Shown here piece after piece: positions 1-9,600 of a DNA stretch of 37,007 nt. The translations under genes and the position numbers were made by a program. The stretch's first letter is position 1. Every line of letters starts with the position of its first letter. The notes beneath the pieces are model-generated. The model made no database searches and was not told the origin of the DNA. It saw nothing but the letters and a program-made list of their open reading frames with translations. The DNA is from Myxococcota bacterium (lineage in GTDB: Bacteria > Myxococcota_A > Bradymonadia > UBA7976 > UBA1532), in the NCBI GenBank assembly GCA_036337435.1, contig JAYZEG010000084.1:1-37007 (forward strand), written 5' to 3'.

Positions 1-1602
1 AGTTCGATACCCCATGCCCTGGGCACTGTCTAACCAATACCGACTTCGGTTGGTGACCACCGTCTCGACCGCCTCACGATGCTCCGCCGAGGCACGCTCA
101 ATGCTCAAATACGCCAATAATGGGGGGATAATGGTATCTCCAACAAATCGAGGCAAGCTGAAGATGAGATCATCATCCCGAAAAGGCATGTATTCGATGA
201 ACGACTGGTCATACTGTGCGCTGCCGGTTGTCTTCAGCAGTTCAGCCGCAGCCCAAGCGTCCCAATAGGTCTCGTGCTCCCAATCCATTGGCCGATTGCT
301 CTCAGCCCAATCAAAGGCTCGAGTTGCGCTATTTAAAAGGTCCCTTGCGGTCCGTTCATCCCAATCCTTGTACGCCCGTGCAAGCTTTGAGGCGGCAATG
401 GAATAACGATATGATGCAAGTACACTGGATGCGTAGACATACGGACCGACACTGTCTACCCCCGACGGCATGCCACCGTCATTACGCTGCAAGAGGCGAA
501 AGAATTCGACACCCCAATGGGCTTCGTCGAGCACATCCGGAATACCGTTTCCACTCTCTGGAATACCAAGGTCATCCCTCGCGAAACGAACAGGGTCGAT
601 CTCGTACAGATCGACGAGGGCATCAACGACCGCCATATGTTGAATACGACGGTCATAATTACCCGCGTCATGGTACCCACCTGCAACCTCGAGCTGTTCC
701 TCTGTCTCCTCGTTTGGAATGGTGGAAAATGACGAAGATCCAGCAGTAAAACCATCGACCCCTGACCGCGCAATTGGATCTCCATAACGGCAGTCGTCTC
801 GAACAAAGTTTGTAAACGGCTCCTCGAGGGCCGTACCACACCGCTGATGGTAGAGTGCTTTAAAGACCGTGATAAACGCGTCATCGTAAACATTGGCACC
901 CACACGAAATGGCCAAGACCGACCGACCCCATGCCACACGATATAGAATTCGCCGTCATTCACGAGCTGGAACAAGTTCAACTCGAAAATGTTAGCCAAA
1001 CTGTAGTTGTTCATGTAGGCGTCTTCCGTACGCTGCTCAGCCGGTGCCCGAAGTTGCATCCTTGACGTCAAGACCACGGCACCCGTCGCACTATTGATAA
1101 CTGAAAAACGCCTTTCCTCCGGCCCCAACTCCATGGCTGGCATCGACCCCAACCAATAGCTGACATAAGCCCAACGGCCGAAGGCGTCCGGAAGGTAGCC
1201 GACCTGATTGACTTTGATGGCGGGCGACCAGTTTAAATCGGGATGATGGGTATACGTAAAGTCGTCTCCTCGATTTAATATTCCAAATTGGTAACTTGCA
1301 CCCAAAGCCAAGCTGCTTGGCAACTCCAGGACCACCTCGTACGTCTGGATACTTGGGTACGGTAACTCCTGAGCTTCGATGAGCCGCTCGGGCATCCCCT
1401 TTAGATAAACTCGGTTCGGATATGAGACCTGAGCGAAGTTTGGATCATCTTGGCTCACGACGGCGTAATTGTCTGGGTCGTCGCTCGGGATTTCTCCCGC
1501 AGGAACCACCAGTACAATATGTCTGGGCGAGACCACTCTCACGCCAGGATCAATCATAGGAGGACTCGCCAGTAAGACGAGTGCTGCAAGCATACTCGTC
1601 AC
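1..1602 (-). CDS. Glycoside hydrolase family 9 protein (CelD-type Ig-like N-domain + catalytic barrel), secreted; 3' end lies outside the window
   Basis: Not in the ORF track; I translated it by hand. The frame is open from GTG at 1602 (GAGGAGG Shine-Dalgarno just upstream; alternative ATG 1593) to position 1. It has a hydrophobic N-terminus MLAALVLLAS and the GH9 hallmarks IKVNQVGYLP, GVGRSWPFRV, ALYHQRCG, GGYHDAGNY, IPESGNGIPDVLDEAHW and WAAAELLKTTG. Confidence 0.92.
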   Translation of the reverse strand, partial: MTSMLAALVLLASPPMIDPGVRVVSPRHIVLVVPAGEIPSDDPDNYAVVSQDDPNFAQVSYPNRVYLKGMPERLIEAQELPYPSIQTYEVVLELPSSLALGASYQFGILNRGDDFTYTHHPDLNWSPAIKVNQVGYLPDAFGRWAYVSYWLGSMPAMELGPEERRFSVINSATGAVVLTSRMQLRAPAEQRTEDAYMNNYSLANIFELNLFQLVNDGEFYIVWHGVGRSWPFRVGANVYDDAFITVFKALYHQRCGTALEEPFTNFVRDDCRYGDPIARSGVDGFTAGSSSFSTIPNEETEEQLEVAGGYHDAGNYDRRIQHMAVVDALVDLYEIDPVRFARDDLGIPESGNGIPDVLDEAHWGVEFFRLLQRNDGGMPSGVDSVGPYVYASSVLASYRYSIAASKLARAYKDWDERTARDLLNSATRAFDWAESNRPMDWEHETYWDAWAAAELLKTTGSAQYDQSFIEYMPFRDDDLIFSLPRFVGDTIIPPLLAYLSIERASAEHREAVETVVTNRSRYWLDSAQGMGYRT

Positions 1603-1641
1603 AATCGCACCCTCCTCATGACCAACGCATCGTCCATCAGA

Positions 1642-4600
1642 CTACGGGCCAACAAAAGGCTCACCATAAATCTCCAATTCCGAAATACCGCCTCCACTCT
1701 CATTCCAAGAATCGACGTAGAAACGAACGCGATTTCCAATCTGGCACTCATCGAACTGAGTGGTGATCCAACGGAGTGCTGGCAGCTCTGGTTCACTGCC
1801 TTCATCGACTTGAGTTTCGACATCGCCGTTAAAGATTGAAAGTCGCCAGTCCGCCGTGGAGTAGTAGTGAGTCCCACTGTTGTTGGTATTCATCCAACGC
1901 ACCGAACAAATCCGATGGGGCACCATCAAATTGACCTCAACATGCCCTTGGTTTCGCGCACGCAGCAGCCAATAGTCGTAGGCAACATCTGACTCTTGCG
2001 CGCTTCGAGTTCCGTGATATGCGCCGTCTGTGACGCGCTGCGCGTTATAATTATTATTGTAAACAGACGTCCCTGTCGCGCGGAGCCCAGCCGCGACATT
2101 TTCGCAGTCTGGACACGTATCGCATGCGTCGCCGATGCCATTATGGTTGGTATCCAGCTGTGCTGCATCCGGGTCATCAGGGCAAAGGTCATTGGGGTCA
2201 GCAATGCCATCCCCGTCACTGTCTTCAACCTCGAACTCAAAACGAAAATAACGATGGCTATTTTGCGCCCCACTGATCCAGCGAGCCCCCAACCCTAGGT
2301 TCATCAACGGCCAATCAACATTGTTCTCGTGCCGGCCTGCTGCCGCATGCCGAGTTGTATTCATCCACACACCACGCGGACTCGATACATCCGATAAATA
2401 AACATCATCAGCGATCAGAAACCCAAAAAAGTTATTCACGCTCTCATCGGCAAATTCGAGCTGAACCTCAGCCCCTTCGTGCTCCTCTAATACCGCGAAT
2501 CTTTGCCATTCCAACGTCGTGCTGTTGGCAGCAGTCCAGCTCCCCAAAAGTTCAGCGCGGTCACCTGCTTCATCGAGCCGCCAGAGGCGGGCACACGTAC
2601 AGCCGCCTTCATGCCCATCAGCATAAGCACCACCAGCGAGTCGAAAATGAAGAAAGCCTCGGTCCAATGTAAATGGCTTTGAATACAAATGCCCGAGAGC
2701 CTGCGCACCGCCTTCAGACGACGTGGCCGCATACGTCCCACCCAAACCACCAATGACTTGACCGAAACTGCCCACTGAATCGGGTCGTACACCCCAGGCA
2801 TTCCCAGTGGTTCGCCACGCATCTTGGTCGGGCAAAGCTTCACCCAAGCCAATAAAGTCTGCTCGGTCTTCAAAGTCTCCAAGCTGAGTTTCCGCAGCAC
2901 CGAGGTTCGTCCCGTTCCAGCCAAAGTCGGCACGATCCGAACCCACCCAACCGCCACGGCCTGTGACGTGATGAAAGCCGAGGCCTAAATCCAGTGCTGC
3001 AACGAACTTACGTGAGACACTGTCAAAATCCCCTTCGATCGCAAGCACATTGGTTCCAATCCGCGGCGTCACTCTCGCCGCCTCCGCGACTCGGTAGCGA
3101 TTACCCCGAGTGACTTCTTCACCATTAAAATAGGCGACGTATGGGTCTTGAGAATCGACCTGTAACAGGCCACTCAGTTCCTCTCCCAAGCCGGTAATCG
3201 CGATATTATCGAGCATGAAGGTATAGTCACCTTGGCCAACCACCTCGAAGCGGATCACTACGTCCTCCTGGCCCGCGAACGCGCTCAAATCCTGTTCAAG
3301 TCGCTGATACCCTTCGGATGAACGACGCGTGTTATCGCCAAAGCGTGCAAGTCGAATCGTCTGCCGTAAATCTCTCGACTCCACACTCAGGTGCAAACGT
3401 TGGTTATTGGCCATCGTCAGGAAATTTGCATCCATCTCGATGCGAGGATTAACGACGTTGGTAAAATCCAATCGGCCACCTAACTCCAGAACCGACTGCC
3501 CTCCCCAACCGTTTTCGTCTCTAGTCGCTTGCGCCAGCAAGCCTCGGCTGCCATCAACCCCCACTTGAGGTACGACCGTCCAGCTCCCACTGACCGGATC
3601 CCAAAGTGAACCGTCTTCAAAGTCATCCAGGTTGAGTGCATTCAGGTTATTGCGGCTCGGGTCTTCAATCAGTTCAACGCGCTCGATTTCAACGCCGGCA
3701 TCGGCCCCCGCCGTCCCAGTTTCAACCAAGAACTCCAAATTAAGTGCGCGGTCACCACGCACCTGATTCAAGGGGATATCGAAGCGGTCAACAACACCAC
3801 TCTGACCACCGGCATTTGAACTTATCAGCGTGTACTGTCTATCTATAAACTCGAGCGGCTTCAACAGGACACGCAAGGCTTGACTCCTCGCCCTTAACTG
3901 ATAGCGAGCAAAGACTCTCAGCAGCGGGTTTCGCAAACCGGTCAGGTCGAACGAGCCAATCCTTACTTTTGCCTTACTCGCCAGAGGCAGATTCTGCATC
4001 GTTGTGACGAGCCGACCTCGGCCATTCACGCCTCGCACCACGTCCCAACCTTCCGTCAGCATCTCCACTTTGTCAGACGGAAAATCCACCGTGAACGGGG
4101 TCAGCACTGGTGGTTCTGGCCGCGGCTTTTCTTCAATGGCCAAACTATCCAGGAAGACGGCCGGATTGGCGTGTCCCTCATGATAAAAAATAAAGCGAAT
4201 CCGAACGTCTGGGTCTCCAACCTGTTCCAAAAGACTGATTTCCGATTTGGAGAACAGGGTGTTCCCGTCACCGCGCAGAAGCGCTTCCGTCTTGCCCGCC
4301 GCATTCTCCGGATCAATAACCACCTCAAGACGCTGTAATCCTCGCAATGCTGCGCCCGTCCTCGACCAAACGACCAGCCGTGGGTCGCGGGTCGCTCGAA
4401 GGTCGATTCCCCAGCGTAGCTCGATAATAGAAGTCCCCTGTTTAGCCGGCCCAGCGGGCAAGGTTGCCGCAAACTCTGGCGTCCAAGCCGGACCGCCAAG
4501 CGTCCAGCCGTTCTCAGCGACACGCCAATCCTCTAGACTGTCGAACTGCTCTCTAAACGGTATACCAACAGACGGCGGTCTCGGGTTTTCATCCACCGTA

Positions 4601-6681
4601 ATTTCGTCAAAGGACAGGCGCCCAAAACCACCTTGCCCGGTCATTCGAAAGCGAAGTCGAACACCATCCCGCCCTTCGAATCCCCTCAAATCGAAGGTGT
4701 AGAGTTCGTACCCGTTTGGGAGTGTCCGGTCCGCATTTCCAGACCCTACGACACGGAAGGAGTCGCGGAGATTACGATCCACGAATACGTCGACGAAGAA
4801 AGCCTGGTTCGCCTGTCGCCTGACCCAAAATGTCAGCCGAGGCCGCTCACTGCGCGTGAGATCTATTGGAGGCGAGTTGATGGCCACAATCTGCGTCCGT
4901 TGATTGTTCCCTTCGACAAGTCCGAAGTCACCTTCTTTAGCCGCCGACTCGTCGTACACCCATCGTCCACTCTGCTCCCACCCAGCAATGGGATTACAAT
5001 CGTCTACGCCGTCTTCACACTCGAAATCTTCATAGAAAAAGAGCAATTCGCAGACGTCTCCGGGAGGGCCTCCGAAGGTGTTCGCCTGATCCGCGTTACT
5101 CAAAAATGGACAATTGTCGTCGTCATTATTCACCAAGTCGCCATCAATATCATCGTCGCATCGGTCCCCAATGCCATCTCCATCGGCGTCATCCTGTGCG
5201 GGGTCGGGGATGCTTGGACAGACATCTAAATCACCGCATAGACCGTCTTCGTCGAGGTCGTTATCTCCATCGTTCGGGCACAAATCACACACATCCCCAA
5301 GCCCATCAGCATCGGTATCCAACTGGTCGGGATTTCTGAATCTCGGGCAGTTATCGGAGACATCACACACACCGTCCCGGTCCGGATCAGACCCCCCACC
5401 GAGCAGGCAGCCATCGCAAGCGTCACCTAAACCATCGCCATCTCGATCGCGTTGGTCTGGGTCTGGTACATCGGGACATAAGTCAATGTCATTACAGACG
5501 TTATCGCGGTCTGGGTCATTGGTCGCGTCCGCGGGGCAACGATCGCAGAAATCACCAAGCCCATCTCCATCGAAGTCTGCCTGTTCAGGATCTGCAACCG
5601 CTGGACACTTGTCGACTTCTCCACAAATCGAATCACCATCTTCATCATTGTTCAAGTCAAGCGGGCACAGATCGCAGCTGTCTCCAAGGCCATCCCCATC
5701 TAAATCAGACTGGTCCAAATTGGGAATATTGGGGCAGTTGTCTGCACCACCGCAAAAACCATCTTGGTCGCGGTCGTTGTCCCTATCGGTCGGACACGGG
5801 TCACACTCGTCACCCCGACCATCACCGTCCACATCATTTTGTTCAAGATTTGCGATATCCGGACAATTGTCTTCGGTTGCGCATAGCCCGTCCCCATCGA
5901 TGTCATCAAACATATCGGTCGGGCATGGGTCACAGACATTACCGAGACCATCTTGGTCGGTATCGGCCTGTCCCGGCTCCCATTCGAAGGGGCAATTATC
6001 GACTACATTGTCGACGCCATCACCGTCGACATCGGAATCACACTCATTGCCTATATTATCGTCATCGAGGTCTTCTTGCTGTGGGTTGGCAACCAATCGG
6101 CAGTTGTCGTCAACGTTGGCGACCCCATCGCCATCGACATCGACATCACATTCGTTGCCAAATCCATCGCCGTCGACATCATCTTGACTGGCGTTTAATG
6201 CATCTGGGCAATTGTCGTCATCATTATCAACGCCGTCTCCATCTCTATCTCGGTCACACGCGTCCCCACGGCCATCACCATCGAGGTCGCCAACTGCAAA
6301 CCGTGGGTCCAGAGGACACGCATCCTCGTCGTCAGCGATGCCATCGGCATCATCATCGTCGTCACACGCATCCCCGATGCCATCGCCATCGGTGTCAATC
6401 CGGAGTGGGTCCGGAACGAAGGGGCAGCCATCGGCTTCATCGAGGACACCATCGCCATCATCATCGTAGTCGCAGAGGTCGCCCTGCGAATCGCCGTCGA
6501 GGTCTTGCTGATCCGGGTTGTACACGGCCGGACAGTTATCTTCGGCGTCCGTTATGCCGTCATCATCGCGATCTAAATCGAAGCCGATATCAGGCTCTTG
6601 AGTCCCGGATGCGCCGCTCGAATCGTCACAGCCTGGCAGCAAGAATAAGATCAAAAACAATAGAAGACATTTACGTATCAT
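1642..6681 (-). CDS. Giant lipoprotein (1679 aa): thrombospondin type-3 repeats, four MAM/jelly-roll-like repeats, carbohydrate-binding-like modules and a C-terminal discoidin/F5-8-like domain
   Basis: Start moved to ATG 6681 (MIRKCLL), which overlaps the upstream stop as ATGA. Lipobox LLPG-C. It carries many DNCP..NPDQ.D.DGDG.GD.CD units and four ~150-aa repeats opening with (E/D)(D/Q)F(E/D) and containing IDL...P.L. The C-terminal VRFYVDSW...GGISELEIYG is typical of F5/8 type C domains. Confidence 0.88.
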   Translation of the reverse strand: MIRKCLLLFLILFLLPGCDDSSGASGTQEPDIGFDLDRDDDGITDAEDNCPAVYNPDQQDLDGDSQGDLCDYDDDGDGVLDEADGCPFVPDPLRIDTDGDGIGDACDDDDDADGIADDEDACPLDPRFAVGDLDGDGRGDACDRDRDGDGVDNDDDNCPDALNASQDDVDGDGFGNECDVDVDGDGVANVDDNCRLVANPQQEDLDDDNIGNECDSDVDGDGVDNVVDNCPFEWEPGQADTDQDGLGNVCDPCPTDMFDDIDGDGLCATEDNCPDIANLEQNDVDGDGRGDECDPCPTDRDNDRDQDGFCGGADNCPNIPNLDQSDLDGDGLGDSCDLCPLDLNNDEDGDSICGEVDKCPAVADPEQADFDGDGLGDFCDRCPADATNDPDRDNVCNDIDLCPDVPDPDQRDRDGDGLGDACDGCLLGGGSDPDRDGVCDVSDNCPRFRNPDQLDTDADGLGDVCDLCPNDGDNDLDEDGLCGDLDVCPSIPDPAQDDADGDGIGDRCDDDIDGDLVNNDDDNCPFLSNADQANTFGGPPGDVCELLFFYEDFECEDGVDDCNPIAGWEQSGRWVYDESAAKEGDFGLVEGNNQRTQIVAINSPPIDLTRSERPRLTFWVRRQANQAFFVDVFVDRNLRDSFRVVGSGNADRTLPNGYELYTFDLRGFEGRDGVRLRFRMTGQGGFGRLSFDEITVDENPRPPSVGIPFREQFDSLEDWRVAENGWTLGGPAWTPEFAATLPAGPAKQGTSIIELRWGIDLRATRDPRLVVWSRTGAALRGLQRLEVVIDPENAAGKTEALLRGDGNTLFSKSEISLLEQVGDPDVRIRFIFYHEGHANPAVFLDSLAIEEKPRPEPPVLTPFTVDFPSDKVEMLTEGWDVVRGVNGRGRLVTTMQNLPLASKAKVRIGSFDLTGLRNPLLRVFARYQLRARSQALRVLLKPLEFIDRQYTLISSNAGGQSGVVDRFDIPLNQVRGDRALNLEFLVETGTAGADAGVEIERVELIEDPSRNNLNALNLDDFEDGSLWDPVSGSWTVVPQVGVDGSRGLLAQATRDENGWGGQSVLELGGRLDFTNVVNPRIEMDANFLTMANNQRLHLSVESRDLRQTIRLARFGDNTRRSSEGYQRLEQDLSAFAGQEDVVIRFEVVGQGDYTFMLDNIAITGLGEELSGLLQVDSQDPYVAYFNGEEVTRGNRYRVAEAARVTPRIGTNVLAIEGDFDSVSRKFVAALDLGLGFHHVTGRGGWVGSDRADFGWNGTNLGAAETQLGDFEDRADFIGLGEALPDQDAWRTTGNAWGVRPDSVGSFGQVIGGLGGTYAATSSEGGAQALGHLYSKPFTLDRGFLHFRLAGGAYADGHEGGCTCARLWRLDEAGDRAELLGSWTAANSTTLEWQRFAVLEEHEGAEVQLEFADESVNNFFGFLIADDVYLSDVSSPRGVWMNTTRHAAAGRHENNVDWPLMNLGLGARWISGAQNSHRYFRFEFEVEDSDGDGIADPNDLCPDDPDAAQLDTNHNGIGDACDTCPDCENVAAGLRATGTSVYNNNYNAQRVTDGAYHGTRSAQESDVAYDYWLLRARNQGHVEVNLMVPHRICSVRWMNTNNSGTHYYSTADWRLSIFNGDVETQVDEGSEPELPALRWITTQFDECQIGNRVRFYVDSWNESGGGISELEIYGEPFVGP
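5050..6576 (-). repeat. Thrombospondin type-3 (Ca-binding DxDxDGxxDxxD) protein repeat array, about 19 units
   Basis: Counted by eye in the translation (NCPAV, GCPFV, ACPLD, NCPDA ... NCPFL). The units are diverged at DNA level, so this is an old protein-level array. Confidence 0.85.
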
Positions 6682-9600
6682 GGTCGTTGCCAACTCACCC
6701 TTACACGCTGCAACAACGGCAGCACATCATCACTCTGGCGGCTTAAACGTACTTCCGCCTCCAACCATCTGTTCTGTGGGGTATAACCAGACTCTAAATT
6801 TGCGGCGGGAATTCGATACGGACTCTCGAAACTTCGCCCGGACCAAGCCGCCGCCGTCAGGCCGGCCCGCGTCGGCGCCGTTCGAACGCGCACGTCGACA
6901 AAGGCACCATTGGGGATGGCACCATCCCAATTGATCAAATCCCAAATTACATCATCTGAGCCACCATCGACTCGCACACTCCAGCGGCCCGTGCTGAGCG
7001 TGATGGTCAAAAGCTGAATGCCCGTCATATCACTATACGTATACAGCGCGGGCAATCCCTCGGTGCGACACAGCTCTACACCATTGGTGTTGAAACGGTA
7101 GGCTCGACTGGTGCTGATGCCAAAAATGCCGCCCTCCGCATCAACTGCGACCCCCATGAGTGAATCGCCTACGGGCACAGTGAGCAACAAATCGCCGTCT
7201 GGATTGTACTTAAATAAAGCCCGGTCCTCCCATCCTGCTGCCCAGATATTGCCATCAAGATCAACTGCGATCCCTCGGGTTCGCCCGCGCCCAGAATGCC
7301 GAAACAATTCGAGTTCATGGGTTCGACCATCGATCCGGCCAACATATCCCCCTGGTTGCCACACGCCGTACCAGACGTTGTCTCGCTTATCGATGGCCAT
7401 TCCGTAGAAGGACACGTTCAAAAAGCTCTCCTGGTCGCCGTCCATGAGCCTTCCGTTACGGGGTACGATGCCAACCACAGAGCCATCGCGGGTGTCTACC
7501 TTAGTCGGTGAGCCCGCGATGCCCGACGTCCACAAGAACCCTCGGGAATCGACGGCCGCACCATAGGCAGGCGAGGCCAGCTGGACCTCTTGCAAGATTC
7601 GACAATCGGGGAAACCATCAGGCGCATCAGACGGGACGACCTCGTTCCCGCTGACACGGTATATCTTTGTTCGATCCCAGCTTCCCAACCACACGTTGCC
7701 GTCTTGGTCTAGCGTGACTGCCCGAACAGCGACCCCATTTCGCGACGTGCCGGTAATCCGAGCTCGACAGATGAGGCTGCCATCTCGATCGAGGTGAACC
7801 GCGTTGCCCTGGGTGTAGTCAGAGGCGTCTGCATCAGACCAGGCCCGATTTCCAACCCAAACACTGCCGTCGACTGCGACCGCCGTTCGAGACGGATAAA
7901 ACCCGTAGCTCGGGAATGAATCCATCACCTCACAGGTACGGGTGTTGATCTTGATGACTTCACGATTGTTTGTTGCTGCGACCCAAAGAACCGAATCCCC
8001 GGTTGCCTCAGCAGAGCCAAGAGTGAGCGCATTGGGGTCATCCGGTGCGGGCATTACATTTACCGATGACCCTCGCTCCCACTCATTTGCCTCATCAAAC
8101 TCAAGCTCGAAGCAGCTTTGACCGCAGAGGCCGCAGAAATTGACGGTTCCCTCGTCGACGAGGCCATCGCAATCGTTGTCCACGCTGTCGCACTCTTCAG
8201 CGGGCAGTGGGCCGCACTGACCACACGCGTTGCTGACACCTTCATCAACACGCCCGTCACAATCATTATCCGTACTGTCGCAAACCTCAGGCGGTGCCAG
8301 TCCACAGGTCCCACACGCGTTGCCATCAGCCGGATTTTCATCGACGACTCCGTCACAGTCGTCATCTCGCGCATTACACGTCTCTAACGTCGGCCCCACC
8401 CAGTCGCGGCAACCTGCTTCATCACCCTGCTGCAGCAACTGGCCTGGAATACATTGAAATTGACCATATCGACATTCACCGATGCCAGCGGTCTCAGGTG
8501 GGCCGCCGTAACACGGTTGAGGCGGCCCTTTCACGCAGCCACAGATCTCTTCAACCCGGCCATCGCAATCATTGTCTAGCCCGTCCCCACAAACTTCTTC
8601 CGCTTGTTCTGGTCTACACCCGCACGGCCCCCTGACGATCTCGTCGGTCTGACCATCACAATCGTCATCAATTTCATTGCATACCTCGTCACTGGGCACG
8701 CAGGCTTCACCTGGGCAGCCTTCGTCGACAGTCCCGTCACAATCGGTATCAAGCCCATCACCACAAACCTCGTCTGCTGGCAAAACTTCGCCTTGGCAGG
8801 CGGCCAATTGCCCATCTGCGCAATCGGAAAAGCCGCCACGGCAAGTCCCCACACCAAGGTGCTTCGGCAGCCCGCTGTAACACGGTTGTTGTAAACGCCC
8901 ACTGCAATCACAGGTCTCATCGATACGCCCGTCGCAATCGTCATCTAACCCATTGCCAAAATCCCCAATCGGCCCATCACAGCGCTCTCTCGGCGCTGCA
9001 CCGCATTCACCGCACGCATTGGTCTGCCCCTCGTCGATCAGGCCGTCGCAATCATCGTCGATTGAATTACATTGTTCTTGCCCAGGTAGAATTTGTCCCA
9101 CACAGCTGGCCCGTCGCCCTTCCGAACAGACCCAATAACCAGGACGACATGCCGCTACCCCTTTGCTCCCTGCCGGCCCGGTGTAGCACGATTCACGAAC
9201 GCTCTCTAAACACTGACATTCTTCGTCTGTCGAGCCATCGCAGTCATTATCGAGTCCATCACAGAACTCGTCCGGCTCGAGCCCGCAGCCGCCACAGGCA
9301 TTGCGAACGCCTTCGTCCACCTGCCCATCGCAATCATTATCTCTGAGATCACAGGTTTCGGCTTCGAGATCGCCACACCGGCCGCATGCGTTCAGAACCC
9401 CCTCGTCGGTCACCCCATCGCAGTCATCATCTGTACCGTTACAGAGCTCAGAAATCGGAGTCCTGGACTCTTCGCACGGTCCAAGCGCGCCATCTCGGCA
9501 TATCCGAAAACCACTTCGGCAGCGGCCCACGCCAACTGTCGCTTCATCGGCTGGGTAGCAAGGCACAGACTCGCCATCAGTACATCCACAGCCCTCATCA

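Noticed and set aside
14..1065. Several short ORFs in the track (84, 177, 167, 71 and 72 aa)
   Set aside because: They are shadows of the GH9 frame on the minus strand, which has clear family motifs.
5114..6746. 357-aa Ser/Pro-rich and 298-aa His/Arg-rich plus-strand ORFs
   Set aside because: They are antisense readouts of the Asp/Gly-rich TSP3 codons; the composition is exactly what GAC/GAT/GGC repeats give on the other strand.
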